A DNA stretch of 64,000 nt, from positions 1,798,001 to 1,862,000 of the forward strand of contig MU058009.1 of assembly GCA_013265495.1 (NCBI GenBank). The letters are read 5' to 3'. Positions within the stretch are counted from its first letter, which is position 1. The number at the start of each line of letters is the position of its first letter. The position numbers and the translations under genes were made by a program. The DNA is from Vicugna vicugna. Its lineage: Eukaryota. The notes under the pieces were generated by a model. That model was not told the DNA's origin, made no database searches, and saw only the letters and a list, made by a program, of their open reading frames with translations. Of the stretch, positions 51,230 to 64,000 are shown in pieces.

Positions 51230-51760
51230 CCAACTCGGTCTCCCTCAGAGTTCCGAAAGGCGGGGGTGCAGCCCACGAGAGGCACTCCCCTTCCGCCACG
51301 CCCGGCCGACGTCGCCCCCTCGCAGAAAGTCCTCCGGCCCCCGCCAGAGGCAGTGTGTGCTCTGGCAACCCCGCCCGCGGCACGGCGTTCCCAGCCAATG
51401 AAAACGTTGCGCTCTCTCTCTCTTGGTTGAAGGCCAACTTAATCCTCCAGACTCCGGCCGCACTTGGGCTGTTTCACAAAGGCCAAGTATGCCGGGAAGG
51501 GCTGCCGGGCTGTGGCAGCGTGTGGGGGTGTACGTGTGGCGTGTGTGTGTACGCATGCATGGGTGCCTGTGCGTGTGCGCGCACGTGGAGTGTTCTGTGC
51601 CGGCGCACGGAGCATCTGTGCACGTGGAGCGCATGTACGCATGCGCCCACTTGCGGTCAGCCGGGATGAGGGCGGGGGACCCCGCGAGCTCCGCCCCCGC
51701 TTAGCTCGGATCCAGGACCAGGGTCTTTCCGGGGCTGCTTCATCTCAGGCCAAGTCCTTC
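51230..51760. promoter_or_regulatory. CpG-rich intronic element with CCAAT, NRF1-like and GC boxes (candidate internal promoter or enhancer)
   Basis: AGCCAATGA (CCAAT at 51395-51399), ACGCATGCGC (51637-51646), GAGGGCGGGG (~51668) and CTCCGCCCCC (~51690), in visibly CpG-dense sequence. Function is inferred from motifs only. Confidence 0.4.
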
Positions 51761-51865
51761 TCCAGCAGCAGCCAAAGGGCCAAACTCTGGTGAAAAGCCC
51801 TGATGTGCTACTGCCTCCCCTCAGACTGCCATGGGGACATTAAACCTTCAACAATCTGGGGCTCT

Positions 51866-52134
51866 NNNNNNNNNNNNNNNNNNNNNNNNNNNNNNNNNNN
51901 NNNNNNNNNNNNNNNNNNNNNNNNNNNNNNNNNNNNNNNNNNNNNNNNNNNNNNNNNNNNNNNNNNNNNNNNNNNNNNNNNNNNNNNNNNNNNNNNNNNN
52001 NNNNNNNNNNNNNNNNNNNNNNNNNNNNNNNNNNNNNNNNNNNNNNNNNNNNNNNNNNNNNNNNNNNNNNNNNNNNNNNNNNNNNNNNNNNNNNNNNNNN
52101 NNNNNNNNNNNNNNNNNNNNNNNNNNNNNNNNNN
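51866..52134. other. Assembly gap (269 N)
   Basis: Run of N. Confidence 0.99.
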
Positions 52135-53622
52135 CCTCCCCCTGCCACCGCCGAGGCCCCCTGCCCCCTCACCCCCACCCTCCTGGCTGTTACTCCCTCG
52201 GGCTCCCTGACTGCTCTCCTGCCCACCGGCCTGCCGCCACCGCATTGTGGGCTGGGCGGGGGTTGGAGGGGAGGGGAATCTGGCACAACCTGGCTCCTTA
52301 AGGCCTCGGGATGGTCTGTTCCTGCCCACAGCAGAGGGAGGGAGGGCAGCCGCCAGGCCTCTGGAAAGCCCTGAGAGGTTCTGCGGCCCAGAGTTGGACG
52401 TCTGTAATCTGAACCTTATCTGAACTCCTGGGTCTGAAGGCCTGGTCTGGAGCTCTTGCGAGGACTGGCTGTCTCCCAGGGTGCCAGGGCTGACGTTTCC
52501 TGCTCCGGATGACCAGGGCTGCAGCCTCTCCCTGGCCTCTAGTCTCTCCTTCGTTCCACTGCTCTCGGAGTGGCTGAGCAGAAGCTGAGGCAGGGCAGGA
52601 TGGCACTGCCCTGGGCAGCACTGGGCTCAGGGTAGGTAGGGTGTTCTGCCATCCTACTCCAAGCACCAGGTGGCCGCAGGTGAGATGTCGGCTCTGTCTC
52701 CAGACAGATGCTCTTTGCTGAGCTGGAATGCCGTGGGCAGCCTCTCTGCTCCCATGTTGCCGAGTACCAGGGGTTGACCTGGCCGTGTACTTGGAGACCA
52801 GCTCAGGGGGATTGCCCTGTCCCTTGTGTACTTCCGGGGGCTGGGTGGTCAGGCCTGCAAAATGCCACAAGGGCCACAACCTCTTGGGTTGAGGTTCTTG
52901 GATTCTCTTCCTCCTTCAGGCAGCAGCCAGCTCTTCTGCATGTGTGTTTTGCTAGAGAAGCTTAAGGCAGGAGACTTGAGTCAGTTCCATCTTCTCTAGC
53001 TGTGCGCCCCTGGGCCAGTCACCTCACTGTGTGGTTTCCTTAACCATAGAAAGGAGGTGTTAACCCTTGCCATCCCTGTCCTGGGGGTGATTGGGAAGTT
53101 CAGATGGAACACTGTATGAGAACTATGTTAAAATAATATACATACAACAGGAAGAAGTCGCTTAGGAAATACTGATGGCTCACTCCCTCCGTGAGGCACT
53201 ATCTAAGATGCTTGAGGTGAAAACCTGAAAGTAGTGACACCGTCAGGAACTTCTCAGTCCAGCAAGGGGAAGCGCACCTGCCTGGCTAACCCTCGCATGG
53301 CGAGACAAGTCCTAGGACCACGTTAGAAACGGGTGCCGTGGGGGCGAGGCGAGGGCAGCAACGCCGGACTCAGAGGTCCAGACTCCAGTCTGAGGGCAGC
53401 CAGGGGCTGCCAAAAAGTTTTTCAGTACCGTAATTACAGGATTGGGATGGGAATTGAAGAAAACCCTGGTGGCAGCGTGGACAGAAATCAGGCCGCGTCA
53501 GCAGCGTCCGCGTCATCGTTACACCGAGCGGGGCCGGGCGCTGGCTCCGCGGACGTGGCGCGATTGGCTGGGGCGAGCGGCCCCGTGCCACGCCGCGGCC
53601 GTGGTGGCAGTGGCACTGATGA

Positions 53623-53862
<240 letters not shown>

Positions 53863-56800
53863 TAGTAGTCCCAGTGGGCGTCTCCACCTCCACCCGGTAC
53901 CCTGTGCTCAGTGGAAATGCTTACTTGGGAAAGCGACGCCTACCGCCTCCTTCCCTGGTCCCCTTCCAAGACAACCTCCCCCATGTCACCAGACCCTGAC
54001 GTGCAGCGTCCAGTAGCCCCGCCCCCAAACAGGGTCACTCCGGAGAGTCTGTCCTGAGTGCCCAGCAGCGCACACGGGGTGTGCCCAGCAAAGAGAGGAA
54101 AGGCCAGGCCCTCTGAACCCAAAAGGAATCCCGGGAACACCCAGGCGTGCCCACCCTTGCTTTTAAGGAGAAGGGTGGCTCAGAGGCTGTCATGTCCACC
54201 TGGCAAGCACTGCCTGGCATCTGCAGGGTCCCACCTTTCCAAAATTACAGCCAGCGCTTATGGTTTCAAAATAGAAATAACTATATTTAACAAAAGGAGC
54301 GCCTTCACATGTGTGCAGCAAGTTATGTCATTCTGTAAAAATAACCTATTTTTCCTAGGAATCGGCACTGTTGGTTACAGAAAATAAAATCATTGTTCAG
54401 GCCTTCAGTGCGTTGGCCGGATATCCTGCCTCGGCCAGCGAGCTCAGCCGCCTGGTCCAAAAGGGAGTCAAATCTACAACGTGTAGGGTCCGTGCCAGGT
54501 AGAAGGAGCGAGAATGTCCAGATCTCAGGCAAAGTGAATTCCAGGGCAGGAGTGAGACCTAATCTCACCAAAACAAGTTTCCCAAAAGGCCAAACCCCTT
54601 CCATTTGGAGACGTGCCGACACAGTTGTGTCTGAGGGCAGAGGACTAGATGTGTCTTCGAGGTAGTCCAAAGGGGGTTGCGAGTCTGTCAGGAAGGCGTG
54701 GTTTTATAACGGTCTCTCCTCCTAGGCTCTGGGCATTTATTTTCCACGGGAAGCGGTGTGTCACCATCTCCTGGGACAGACAGCCCGGTGCATGCCTCCT
54801 GGGCCAAATTCTAGGTGGCGGGGGCGGGCACGCATGAGGCAGGAGAGGGCCGGGCTGACAGGAACTCCTGCGCCCTCCGGGGCTTGAAAACTGCTCCTAA
54901 AGCGTTTTCAGTTTCCTTGTTCGGCAAGCATGTGACCTGACAGGCAGAGGAGGAATGGGTCCACGGGCTGAGGGCCTTCCCGGTGCCGGGCACCGTGTAA
55001 ACGGCCTCGTCCCGAGACACTGTTTCTGTGGTGTCACGTCCGACCCCCCTTCCTCAGGACCCCCACCACGAGTGTTTAGCTCAGATGTGTCGGCCAGGGC
55101 CAGGAAAAGCCCGCCCTCTCCCCTCTCGCGGAAAGAAGGCGGGCAGTGACGGCAGACCAGAGCTGGCCTGCAGGGATCCTTCTGCACCCCCGACAGCAGA
55201 GCCGAACCTCTCCAGGCCTCGGCTCACTCGGTATCAAACCCCCCGCTCCAGCCCTGCTTCTCCAAACAGTGGCAGCCTGGGAAGGAAATCTTGAGGACAG
55301 AAGAGCCAGGAGGCCAGAGGCGGTCTCTCAACCAAATGTGGACACCATCTCACTTCCTAGTCCCTCCAGGGAGGGGATGCAGAAGTGGGGACAGTGACCA
55401 GACTGCTTGGTTGACCCTTCAACTCTGAAGTGCTTTCAAAAGAAATAGCAAAATGGGGGGCTTCTGTGGGCCACGGTGACCACAGCCGTAGTGATGAGAA
55501 GAGCCTGATTTCCTACCAGAGGGGTTTCAAAGCACTTCATGTAATGAATTCACTAGCTGGGGATTCACTTCATTATTTTACCTCTGGCTAGATCTTCAGG
55601 CATCATCCTCACACATTTTGGCCTCCTCCAGGTCAGCCTCCTGGACAGGAGAGAAAGTCTCATTTGGGAAAGTCCACAAATTAAGGCAGTGAAACGTTGG
55701 TGGAACAACCAATTGAATTTATGGTGGGATTTTAAGACAAGTATAAATGAAGGCCCTAGTTAATCCCCAGTTCCAAGTTCAGATGGGAAGACACCAGGAC
55801 TAAATCATCCAGGAGCTACATTTAGAAGAGTTTAGCGTGATCCAGAGAGAAAGATTTATCATTCATTGTGCTGTAAAGGGAGAGAAATAATATTGTGACA
55901 GAGCCCAAAGCAAGGGAGGAAATAGTAAAATAAATAACATATACAGTATAAATTTGAATTTGAGGCTGCGGCTACTCAAAGTGAGGAATTAGGAGAAACA
56001 AAGGAGAGCTGATGAAATAGTACGCCGCATAATCCAAGCTCCCCGAGGACACGTTTCTTTAGAATTCTGGGATGCTGCAAAATTATTTCCATCTACCAAT
56101 GGTCCATGCCTAACTGTTTCTGGAGAGTGAAAGAGTAAATCAAAGCAAGAAATTTATCTGAGAGAGAGAGAGATGCAGACTTGGACAGTGACGCCCTAGG
56201 AGTGGCTGGGCCTTCTGGAGAGATGACAGAGGACCTCTCCTATGAGCTAAGGTGGGAAGGCGAGACCGGCAGCAAAGAGGAGGCTGGGGGGTCGGGGACC
56301 CTCACCTAAGTGCAGTCCTGGGAGAACCGGAAGCCCAGCTCAGACTGGGACTGAAGTTTGAGCAGAGTCTTAACCTTTCCCAACTCCACTACCCATCTGC
56401 AAAATGAAGATAAAAGCCCTTTTGCCAGATTTTCTTGATGAGTGGAAAAAGGGGACACGTGCAGGACACGTGGAATGCCTAGTAGGCATTCAAAATCCGG
56501 GCTGTTACGGGTTCCCGGGCCCTGGGTCACTGGTTGACGGTGGCAGCAGCCTGGGATCTGCGGCCCCAGGTCCTCTTCTTCTAACCCCACCTCTCTGCCC
56601 GCTCCGCCACCTCCAGCACCAGCTCAGCAACTGCCCCACGCATGGGCGGTGCCCCAGCCCCACTCTGGGGTGGGGGGAGACCACAGAACATTGCTCTTTC
56701 ACCACGGCCACTCTGAGTCATTCAAACCTCTCCCATTTTTGCTGAGAGCCTTCACAGCCCCTTAGAATGCGAGGGTGAGGTGACAGAGGTAGCAAAGTTA

Positions 56801-57850
56801 TTCCTCCCAAGAAAGCAGGCTAATAACGCCAGCCCAGTAGAAGCTGGGGGCTGTCAAGTCTCCTTCCTCCTCCCAGAAGCCTCTGTGATTCCAGATGCAC
56901 ACTAACCCCTCCGCCTGGGAGTCCTCCATCTGCCGCCACAAACACCTGTCACTTAATTACACGCTTTCCTGCCTAAGTGTTTCATGTGGACGGAATAGAC
57001 CCATGTAACTTTCTCCCATGATGCACATACTTGACTGTTTATTGGATCCACCAATAATTGGGTGCCAAGGAAAGAGATGGCTTCCAGGTTGTGATACATG
57101 ATAAGATTTAAGGGCTCCACCTACTGTGGCAGCTATTAGACTCGCCAGCAGCACTCCAGGTACACCAGCTCCCCTCACACACACACCCCCCTGGCTGGGG
57201 AGGAGTCTTGGGGGTCCTAAGGGGAGATGGCCTCAGCCCTTCCATTACTTACTTGGGACCTAAAACGTTTTCTCCCTTTGACACCATTCTCATCTTTGGG
57301 ATTTAAATATCCTGAAACCATTCAGGAGATGTTCTTAAAGAAATGTCAACACAGCTGTCCCCAAAGGGAGAAAACCCAGGTTGGATTTAAGTTAAAGATT
57401 AACACCTCTGGATTTCCGACTGCACAGATGGAATTGTGGTCCAAGCGTCCACATGTGTGCTCTTTCCTGCAGCCATCTGAGAGGCAGGTGTTCTTTCCTG
57501 CAGTCATCGATGTTCTGAAGATACAGATGGTTTCCCTTTCCAGAGACATTGGTCCCCGGGTCTAGGGGACCCAGAGCGCTAAGTTGTTCAGGCAGCTCCA
57601 GATGCGTTGGGGCCAGGTGGGAGCTCTGGGAGGACCATGTCGGAGGGGACCACTTTCCCACTGGGGGCGGGGCAGATGAAGGAGAGATGAGGAGCAAGGG
57701 AAGGTGAAGGGAGGGGAGAAAGGTAGAGGTGGAGGGAGAGAAAGAGGGAGGAGACCCAGAGTCAGAGAGATGGAGAGGGACAGAGACAGAGACACACAGA
57801 GAGGCCACCCAGGTGGTCTGAAGGGGGAGGCCCCGCCTCCTGCAGCCCTG

Positions 57851-58373
<523 letters not shown>

Positions 58374-61300
58374 TGACACTCTTCCCAAGAGAACCCCTTT
58401 CCAGAAACTACTCAGCTCTGAATTATAAATAGATGGACGCCTTGGCCAGTATTCTCGTGAGCAATGATTTAACATCCCTACAGTAAACGCTTGATTCATG
58501 AATTTAAGGTTTTAGAATTTTACACATTCACTACCTCTTATTCTTGGGGCCGCTCTAGCACCCTGTAACCCAGCCTTACCGCTGTTCCCTACACACCGTC
58601 CCTGGATAAGCAGGGACAGTAGCAGCAGGTGCTCCACGCAGGTTGGGGTCTGTTGGAAGCTTTCTCCGGGCACAGTCAGAAGGAAGGGAGTTTTAGGAAG
58701 GGAGAGTTTATGAAAGAAAGTGCACAGTTGTCCAAAGGATTTATCCAACACAAGGTTTCTCTAACACCATGCCCCATCAATTTGATATGAATCTCACTTG
58801 ATATGAAATGTACACAGAGATAGGAGCAGAATTTGGATAAACTGCCAGTCACCTCAGCCTTAACCCTTCACCAGAAACTCAGGTGCTGGATCAACAGTCT
58901 CAAGTTCTGAAGGATCGTTCTGCGGCCAAAAAGGATGGTACTAACACGGGGGAGGGGAAGGTGCAGAAAAACAGATGCGGACTCATTCTAGAAGGGGCTT
59001 TCTAACTGTCAGCTCTGTCCAAAGAGCAGCTGGCAGCTCCAGAGCACAGGGCTCGCTGTCAGTGGCCAAGGCTGCTCAGAATCTTGTCGGAGTTCAGCTT
59101 TCAAGGGAAGGAGGGTGATGGCTGTTGATCCCCTTTAAAGCTGACATCCTTGAGCAGCGCCTACAGGCCGCTCTCCCGGGTCTCCTGGGCTGTGGGTTGG
59201 TTCGTTCATTAGTTCAGTGGGTCCTCGTTCACCCTTTCTGTCATCGTCTTGCAACAGCTCGCTCTGGGGGGTGGGGGCAACACACACTGGCCGTAAAAAT
59301 CGAAAATTTTAAAAAATGCCTTCGGAAGTTTCCACTGGTGCCTCGGGGCTCCCCGGTCCCCTCTCCGAGGCGTCTGGTGACCAGCGGGAGAGTGTGGGTG
59401 ATGCAGTGTATGTTAACACCAGAGCAATTACCTCATGTCTGAGTCTTGCTGCAACATGAGGTCAGCCCAAGAAATGGCAGTTTCAAAAAAGGGGGCAATT
59501 TTCCACCCAGTTTTTCTGAACTTTGGAGAATTAGCATTTTTCTAACAATCTGTATTTCTCAGTCTTTAAGTATTTATAGAATTTTTAAAAGGACCTTTGC
59601 ACGGAGTCCCGCTGTGGCGCTAGCTGGGCAGGGCCGGGGGTGGAGGTGGGCGCACAGAAGCCGGACGGGAGGAGAGACCAGCAGAGCCAACACCCCGGCC
59701 GGTCCTGCCTTCCTGCTCCTCCTGGTGTCCTGTGGCGGGAGGTCCAGGAACCGCCGGTCCCTTTTCTTCCTTTGTGGAAGGGGAGATGGACAGCAGTACA
59801 GACTTGCTCGAACACGTAAAGGGCCCAACTATCTCGGGCATCATGGCGACGCCCTTGATGGGGGAATATTCGGGCACATTCCAGGTTGACGTGGGGGGAG
59901 CCCACTCCCGCCAGGTGACCCCAGACCCTGCATTCTGGCTGGTCCATAAACGACCCAAGTCCGCACTAGGACTTCCTTTCACAGGAGAGGACCCTTCACG
60001 GCCCCTGAAGCAAGACCGACTCCCGCTCAGAAGGCCCAGGAAGTGAGTAAGGAGGCCGTGGGTAACCTTGGAGGAGGCTCTCCGTTGGAGGAGAGCAGAT
60101 AAAGAGCAGAGGAGGGAGCAGGCCGGGAAGAAGCGGGGACCCGAGACTCTGGTTTGGGGGTCCAGGTAGCAGGGCAAGAGGAAGTGTGAGTTGCTGCTGC
60201 TTTCTTTCTTTCTTTTTAAGATTCGTAGCTGTTAAGGAAGCTGCCCCAGAGCAGTAAAAATATGAAGTTTCCAGAAGGGAGCTTATTAGTAGTGGAGCAA
60301 ATTTGCAGAGTTGAGAGGAGAGGAACAAAGCACACGTCTGACACCATGTCGAGGAAACAGCGAACGATTGAGGGGTCTGTGTACTGATGTCAAACCATGT
60401 CTGCCTGCAAAGCAAAAATTAAAATACTTATATTAAGTTTAAAAAAAAAAAACCTGGCCCCAGCATAGTATGGTAATAGTCTAGAAGCCGTTTGAGAAAC
60501 TTAGACTTAAAATTATCTGCTATCATGGAAAAAAATTTTGATTCATGCTTCTTTCTAATTGATGTCCACCTTCAGTTCCAGCCCCTGGGACCCCTGGCGG
60601 TAGGTCCGGTGCCTGGGGGCCGGCTGCTCTCAGGCCTGCCGGGAGCCCCCCTCGTGCCCACCAGCAGGCCCTCAAACAGTGTGTTGTTTGTCCAGACTCA
60701 CTTCTAGCGGATATTTTGTGCTGAGGCAGAGAGGCCGGTGCTCTGGGGAGAGGCTGGGACAGCTGAGCTGAGACAGAGAGAAGGGTGCTCATTCCTCGTG
60801 CTTTGTCATCTGTCCTTTGGTGGAGGAGGGGGTGGGGCTCAAGCATTTCCACTCTGGCAAGCGGTGGAAGGGAAATAGCAGAGCTCCTGGACATGGATGG
60901 GGAAGCACAGCAGGGCTGGGAGAGTCAGCAGAAGAGAACTGGAGCCCTTCGAACGTGGCTGGAAGCCGGGAGACTCCAAGTCAGTTGCCCTCTCCAAAGT
61001 GTCTGAGCTTTCTGGACTCTAGCAGAAAAAAGGACCTGGTAGGATTAAGAAGCTCTGGCATCAAATTTACACTTCCAGTTGTCTGGGAGGGGAGCCCTCC
61101 TTTTAAATTTTCAATACCAAATTTCAAATTAAAAATGTATTGTCCAGGGTGGAGAAGAAATAGCAATGTCCTGAGCCCCCTCTCTACCCTGTCTGGCTTC
61201 AGGGGTTTACCTGGCCTGCCTGGAGGCACTGGATGTCCATACCGTGGCTTGTCAGCTGGCCCAGATGGAGTGCTGTCCCTATACCGTCCCCCCGAAATGT

Positions 61301-62929
61301 CATCCACACTTGAAATGCCATGTCGGTGAGGCCCAGGTCTGGGGAGATGCCCACAGTTCTTGGGGTCATCCTGGAGTCTCCTGGGGCCACCAGGGCTCAG
61401 GTGTCATTCACTCTACAGGGACAGGATGCCCCCTTGTGGACACCAAGGACAACTGTTTATCAATCCCCATTTTAAAGCCAAAATAAACTGAGGCCTGGAC
61501 TGTTTCACAAATTGATCCAAAGGCACACAGACCGTGAAGAGCAGCCTGGTATCTAAGACTCAGGCCTCTTATCACGGCCTCAGGCTCTGATCTCCGAAGG
61601 CCAGGCCGCACAGAGAGCACGAGCTAACCTGGGCCACGCTTGTCTGCCCTGCTTTGGAATTAGCCCCACTCCCCTTGGGGCTCCCACAGTGAGGTTTGGG
61701 CCACAGCATCTTCTGTTTTTGTTTGCACCAAGAGATAAATGCTTTCCAAAAACTTTCCTGGGGCTTCCTGGAATGAGGCCGATTAAGCCAAACCTATCAC
61801 CATGCCCACCGTGCCCCCTTCCCTTCCGCGGGGCGCCCTCCACTCGGGGCCCGACGGGCGGCCCCATCCGTATCTCTCGCGGCACACCCCGTTTGGCAGA
61901 GGTCACGTTTACAGTCTCGGGGCTGCGGGAAGTGAGATTGGGTGTCACAAGGCAAGACTGGGACGGACCTCAGAGGAAGTGGGAGAGCTGCCCCCCGCCG
62001 GCAGTTCAGACCCAGGGCCGCTGGGGGGCGTTCGGGGCTTCTGGGAGCCCAGAAGTCGTGGGCTGGGCAGCCAGAGGCAGAAGGAACAGGGGTCTTTTTT
62101 TCACTTTATGGGATGTTGTGTTCTGTCTGTCTGTCTGGGTCTGACCTGTGAAAAATACTAAGAAACTGTTTTTAAATAGTGGCAGCCCTAGGGAATGAAA
62201 TATACTGTGTGACAGGGGGACCACAGCGAAGGTATCTATCTTAATTCCCATTTTTAATTTAAACTTAATGGGAAACACATTTTGCGTTTTGTGGCATTCC
62301 CACCAGCCGCCTCAGATGTTCGGGCAAAGGTGATGGGTCCGGACAATTAAGCTGGTGAAGTATTACCCCTGCCAGGCCGGGTCTGAGCCACAAAGGAGAA
62401 CAAAAAGCCAGATTTCCCTGGACTCCCCAGTCAGTCAGTCCTGTTGTTTAGAGCACGGAGCCCCTTCCCTCCTCCCTCCCGCCCGCACCCTCCAGCCAGG
62501 CCATTGACGGCAGCACAGAGGGAAGGGAGTCTGGCTTCAATGGGCCGGCTGCGCAGGCGGGCGAAATCTCCACGAGGCGGGGGACAAAGGCTCAGGCGCT
62601 CAGTTGGCGTTGTCTCGGGCTGCAGGTGCCCCAGATGAGGACCAGGTCCGCCGAGGGGATGTGGAGCAGAAGAAAGCCCGATTGTCGGGCCCCTCCCCAC
62701 ACCTGCAAGGCTTCGCTCTGTTCATATCCATCCTCTTTCAGATCCCGAGTACCGTACCAGCGACGGGCAGACTCAACAATGGAAGATGATTTTGTCCTTT
62801 TGCTTTCACTTTGGGAAGCCCACCCCATTCTCAGCGGCAGCTACTCTGTGCCGCTCAGGGTCCCCAGCACACAGACAGGCATAGATACCCACATGCACTC
62901 ATACGTACATAAACAGAAAAGGAGCCACG

Positions 62930-63150
62930 TGTTTTAACTGAGGTATAACAGAGAGAGAAATGCAGAAATCACAAATGCACAGTCAAGGAATTATCACATG
63001 ACTCATACCAGCACCCCCAGGTCAAGGGGGAGACCAGAAGCCCCCATGTACCCCCTCTCCATCACTGCCCCTTCTTCCCCAAAGGTAACCACTGTCCTGA
63101 TTTCCAGCACCATAGGTAGGTGTTGTCTGTTCCTTCCATTTAGCCTGGAG
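62930..63150 (-). mobile_element. Old L1M (L1MB/MC-like) 3' UTR fragment
   Basis: TTTTAACTGAGGTATAAC..AAATGCAGAAATC..AAATGCACAGTC..CCAGAAGCCCCCATGTACCCC..CCCAAAGGTAACCACTGTCCTGATTTCCAGCACCATAG. Confidence 0.6.
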
Positions 63151-63219
63151 CCACAGGGTGTGCTGGGCTGAGAGCAGGTTTCGTAGACAGACCAGAATGG
63201 GCAGCCTGCCTCCTGGGCT

Positions 63220-63320
63220 TTCTGGCTGTGTGATCTTAGGGAAATTACTTGACCTCTCTGAATGTCAATTTCCTCATCTGTGTAAGGAGTGAGAAGATAG
63301 ATAGTAAGTACGTGGCACAC
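63220..63320 (+). mobile_element. MIR core fragment (sense) in intron 4
   Basis: GCTGTGTGATCTTAGGGAAATTACTTGACCTCTCTGAATGTCAATTTCCTCATCTGTGTAA. Confidence 0.65.
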
Positions 63321-64000
63321 AACGAGCATCCCCAGAGTGTTGGCGTCTCTCCTCCCGTCGCAGCCTGCTTCCCCTGACAAGGTGGCATTCACCCTACAGA
63401 GAAGGAGCCTCAAAGCTTGAGAGAGAAGTCCAAAGCCATCAGGCGAGAGGCCAGGCTCCAGGGAGACCTGCCAGCATGGGAGCAGATTCCTTTAAGGAAA
63501 GAGCATGTGGTGCCCCTCCCTGCAGCCTGAGGAACTGGTTAAATAAAAATGGGAGGAGAGAGGGGAATGCTGGTCCCTCGGGAGGGAGGTCAGATGCCCT
63601 GAACCAGCCCCTCCACGGGCAAGGCAGCCTCTCCTTCTAGGAGTGAAACTTGAACCAAGAACAGTCTTCAGGGCAAAATCCTTCTCCTAGGTTACCATGA
63701 AATATGTATTTCATGCGGGCTTTGCAGAGGTCAAACGACCCCTTCTCTTGCCTTTCTGGGAGTTTCCTGTGAGATTCACGTGTGCCCAAAGAAGAACTTT
63801 CACCGAGGGAGAAATATAATAAATGCAGTTTATCTGAGCTCCGTGCTCTCCACTGCGTCTGCGCTAATGACTCAGGCAGCTTGATCCTCCGAGACCATCA
63901 TTTTTCTGTATTTGCTCCAGCCATGAGGTTTCAGCCGGAGGGGACGGCGGGCACCGAGAGGCAGACGTTCTTGGTCTGACCCCTGAGACTGTTTTCCCTT

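Overview
This is mammalian genomic DNA, most likely from a camelid, judged by a Vic-1-type tRNA-Ala SINE and no bovid or suid SINEs that I could recognise. The window lies entirely inside the FLI1 (ETS transcription factor) gene on the + strand. It holds about 44.8 kb of intron 1, coding exons 2 (44837-45048, 212 nt), 3 (53655-53809, 155 nt) and 4 (57877-58080, 204 nt; PNT/SAM domain), and the first ~5.9 kb of intron 4. Exon 1, exon 5 onward and the ETS domain are outside the window. The rest is intronic: old MIR, L2, L1, MER3, MER33, Tigger1 and MLT1 remnants, microsatellites, three N gaps and many enhancer-like motif clusters. Nearly all ORFs in the supplied track are chance ORFs. I see no unambiguous new biological system. 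The best leads are: (1) exons 2-4 match the human FLI1 back-spliced circRNA, and the circle would carry a closed 176-aa ORF starting at Met34 that keeps PNT but lacks ETS; (2) an exact 28-bp block shared by an L2 remnant and a MER33 1.3 kb away, which looks like a templated insertion; (3) a CpG-rich, promoter-like region upstream of exon 3, paired with an improved Kozak context at Met100; (4) recurring GATA-GATA and FOX/SOX/ETS motif grammars in intron 1. Repeat-family names and human FLI1 residue comparisons come from my memory of consensus sequences and need confirmation. Repeat boundaries are approximate.
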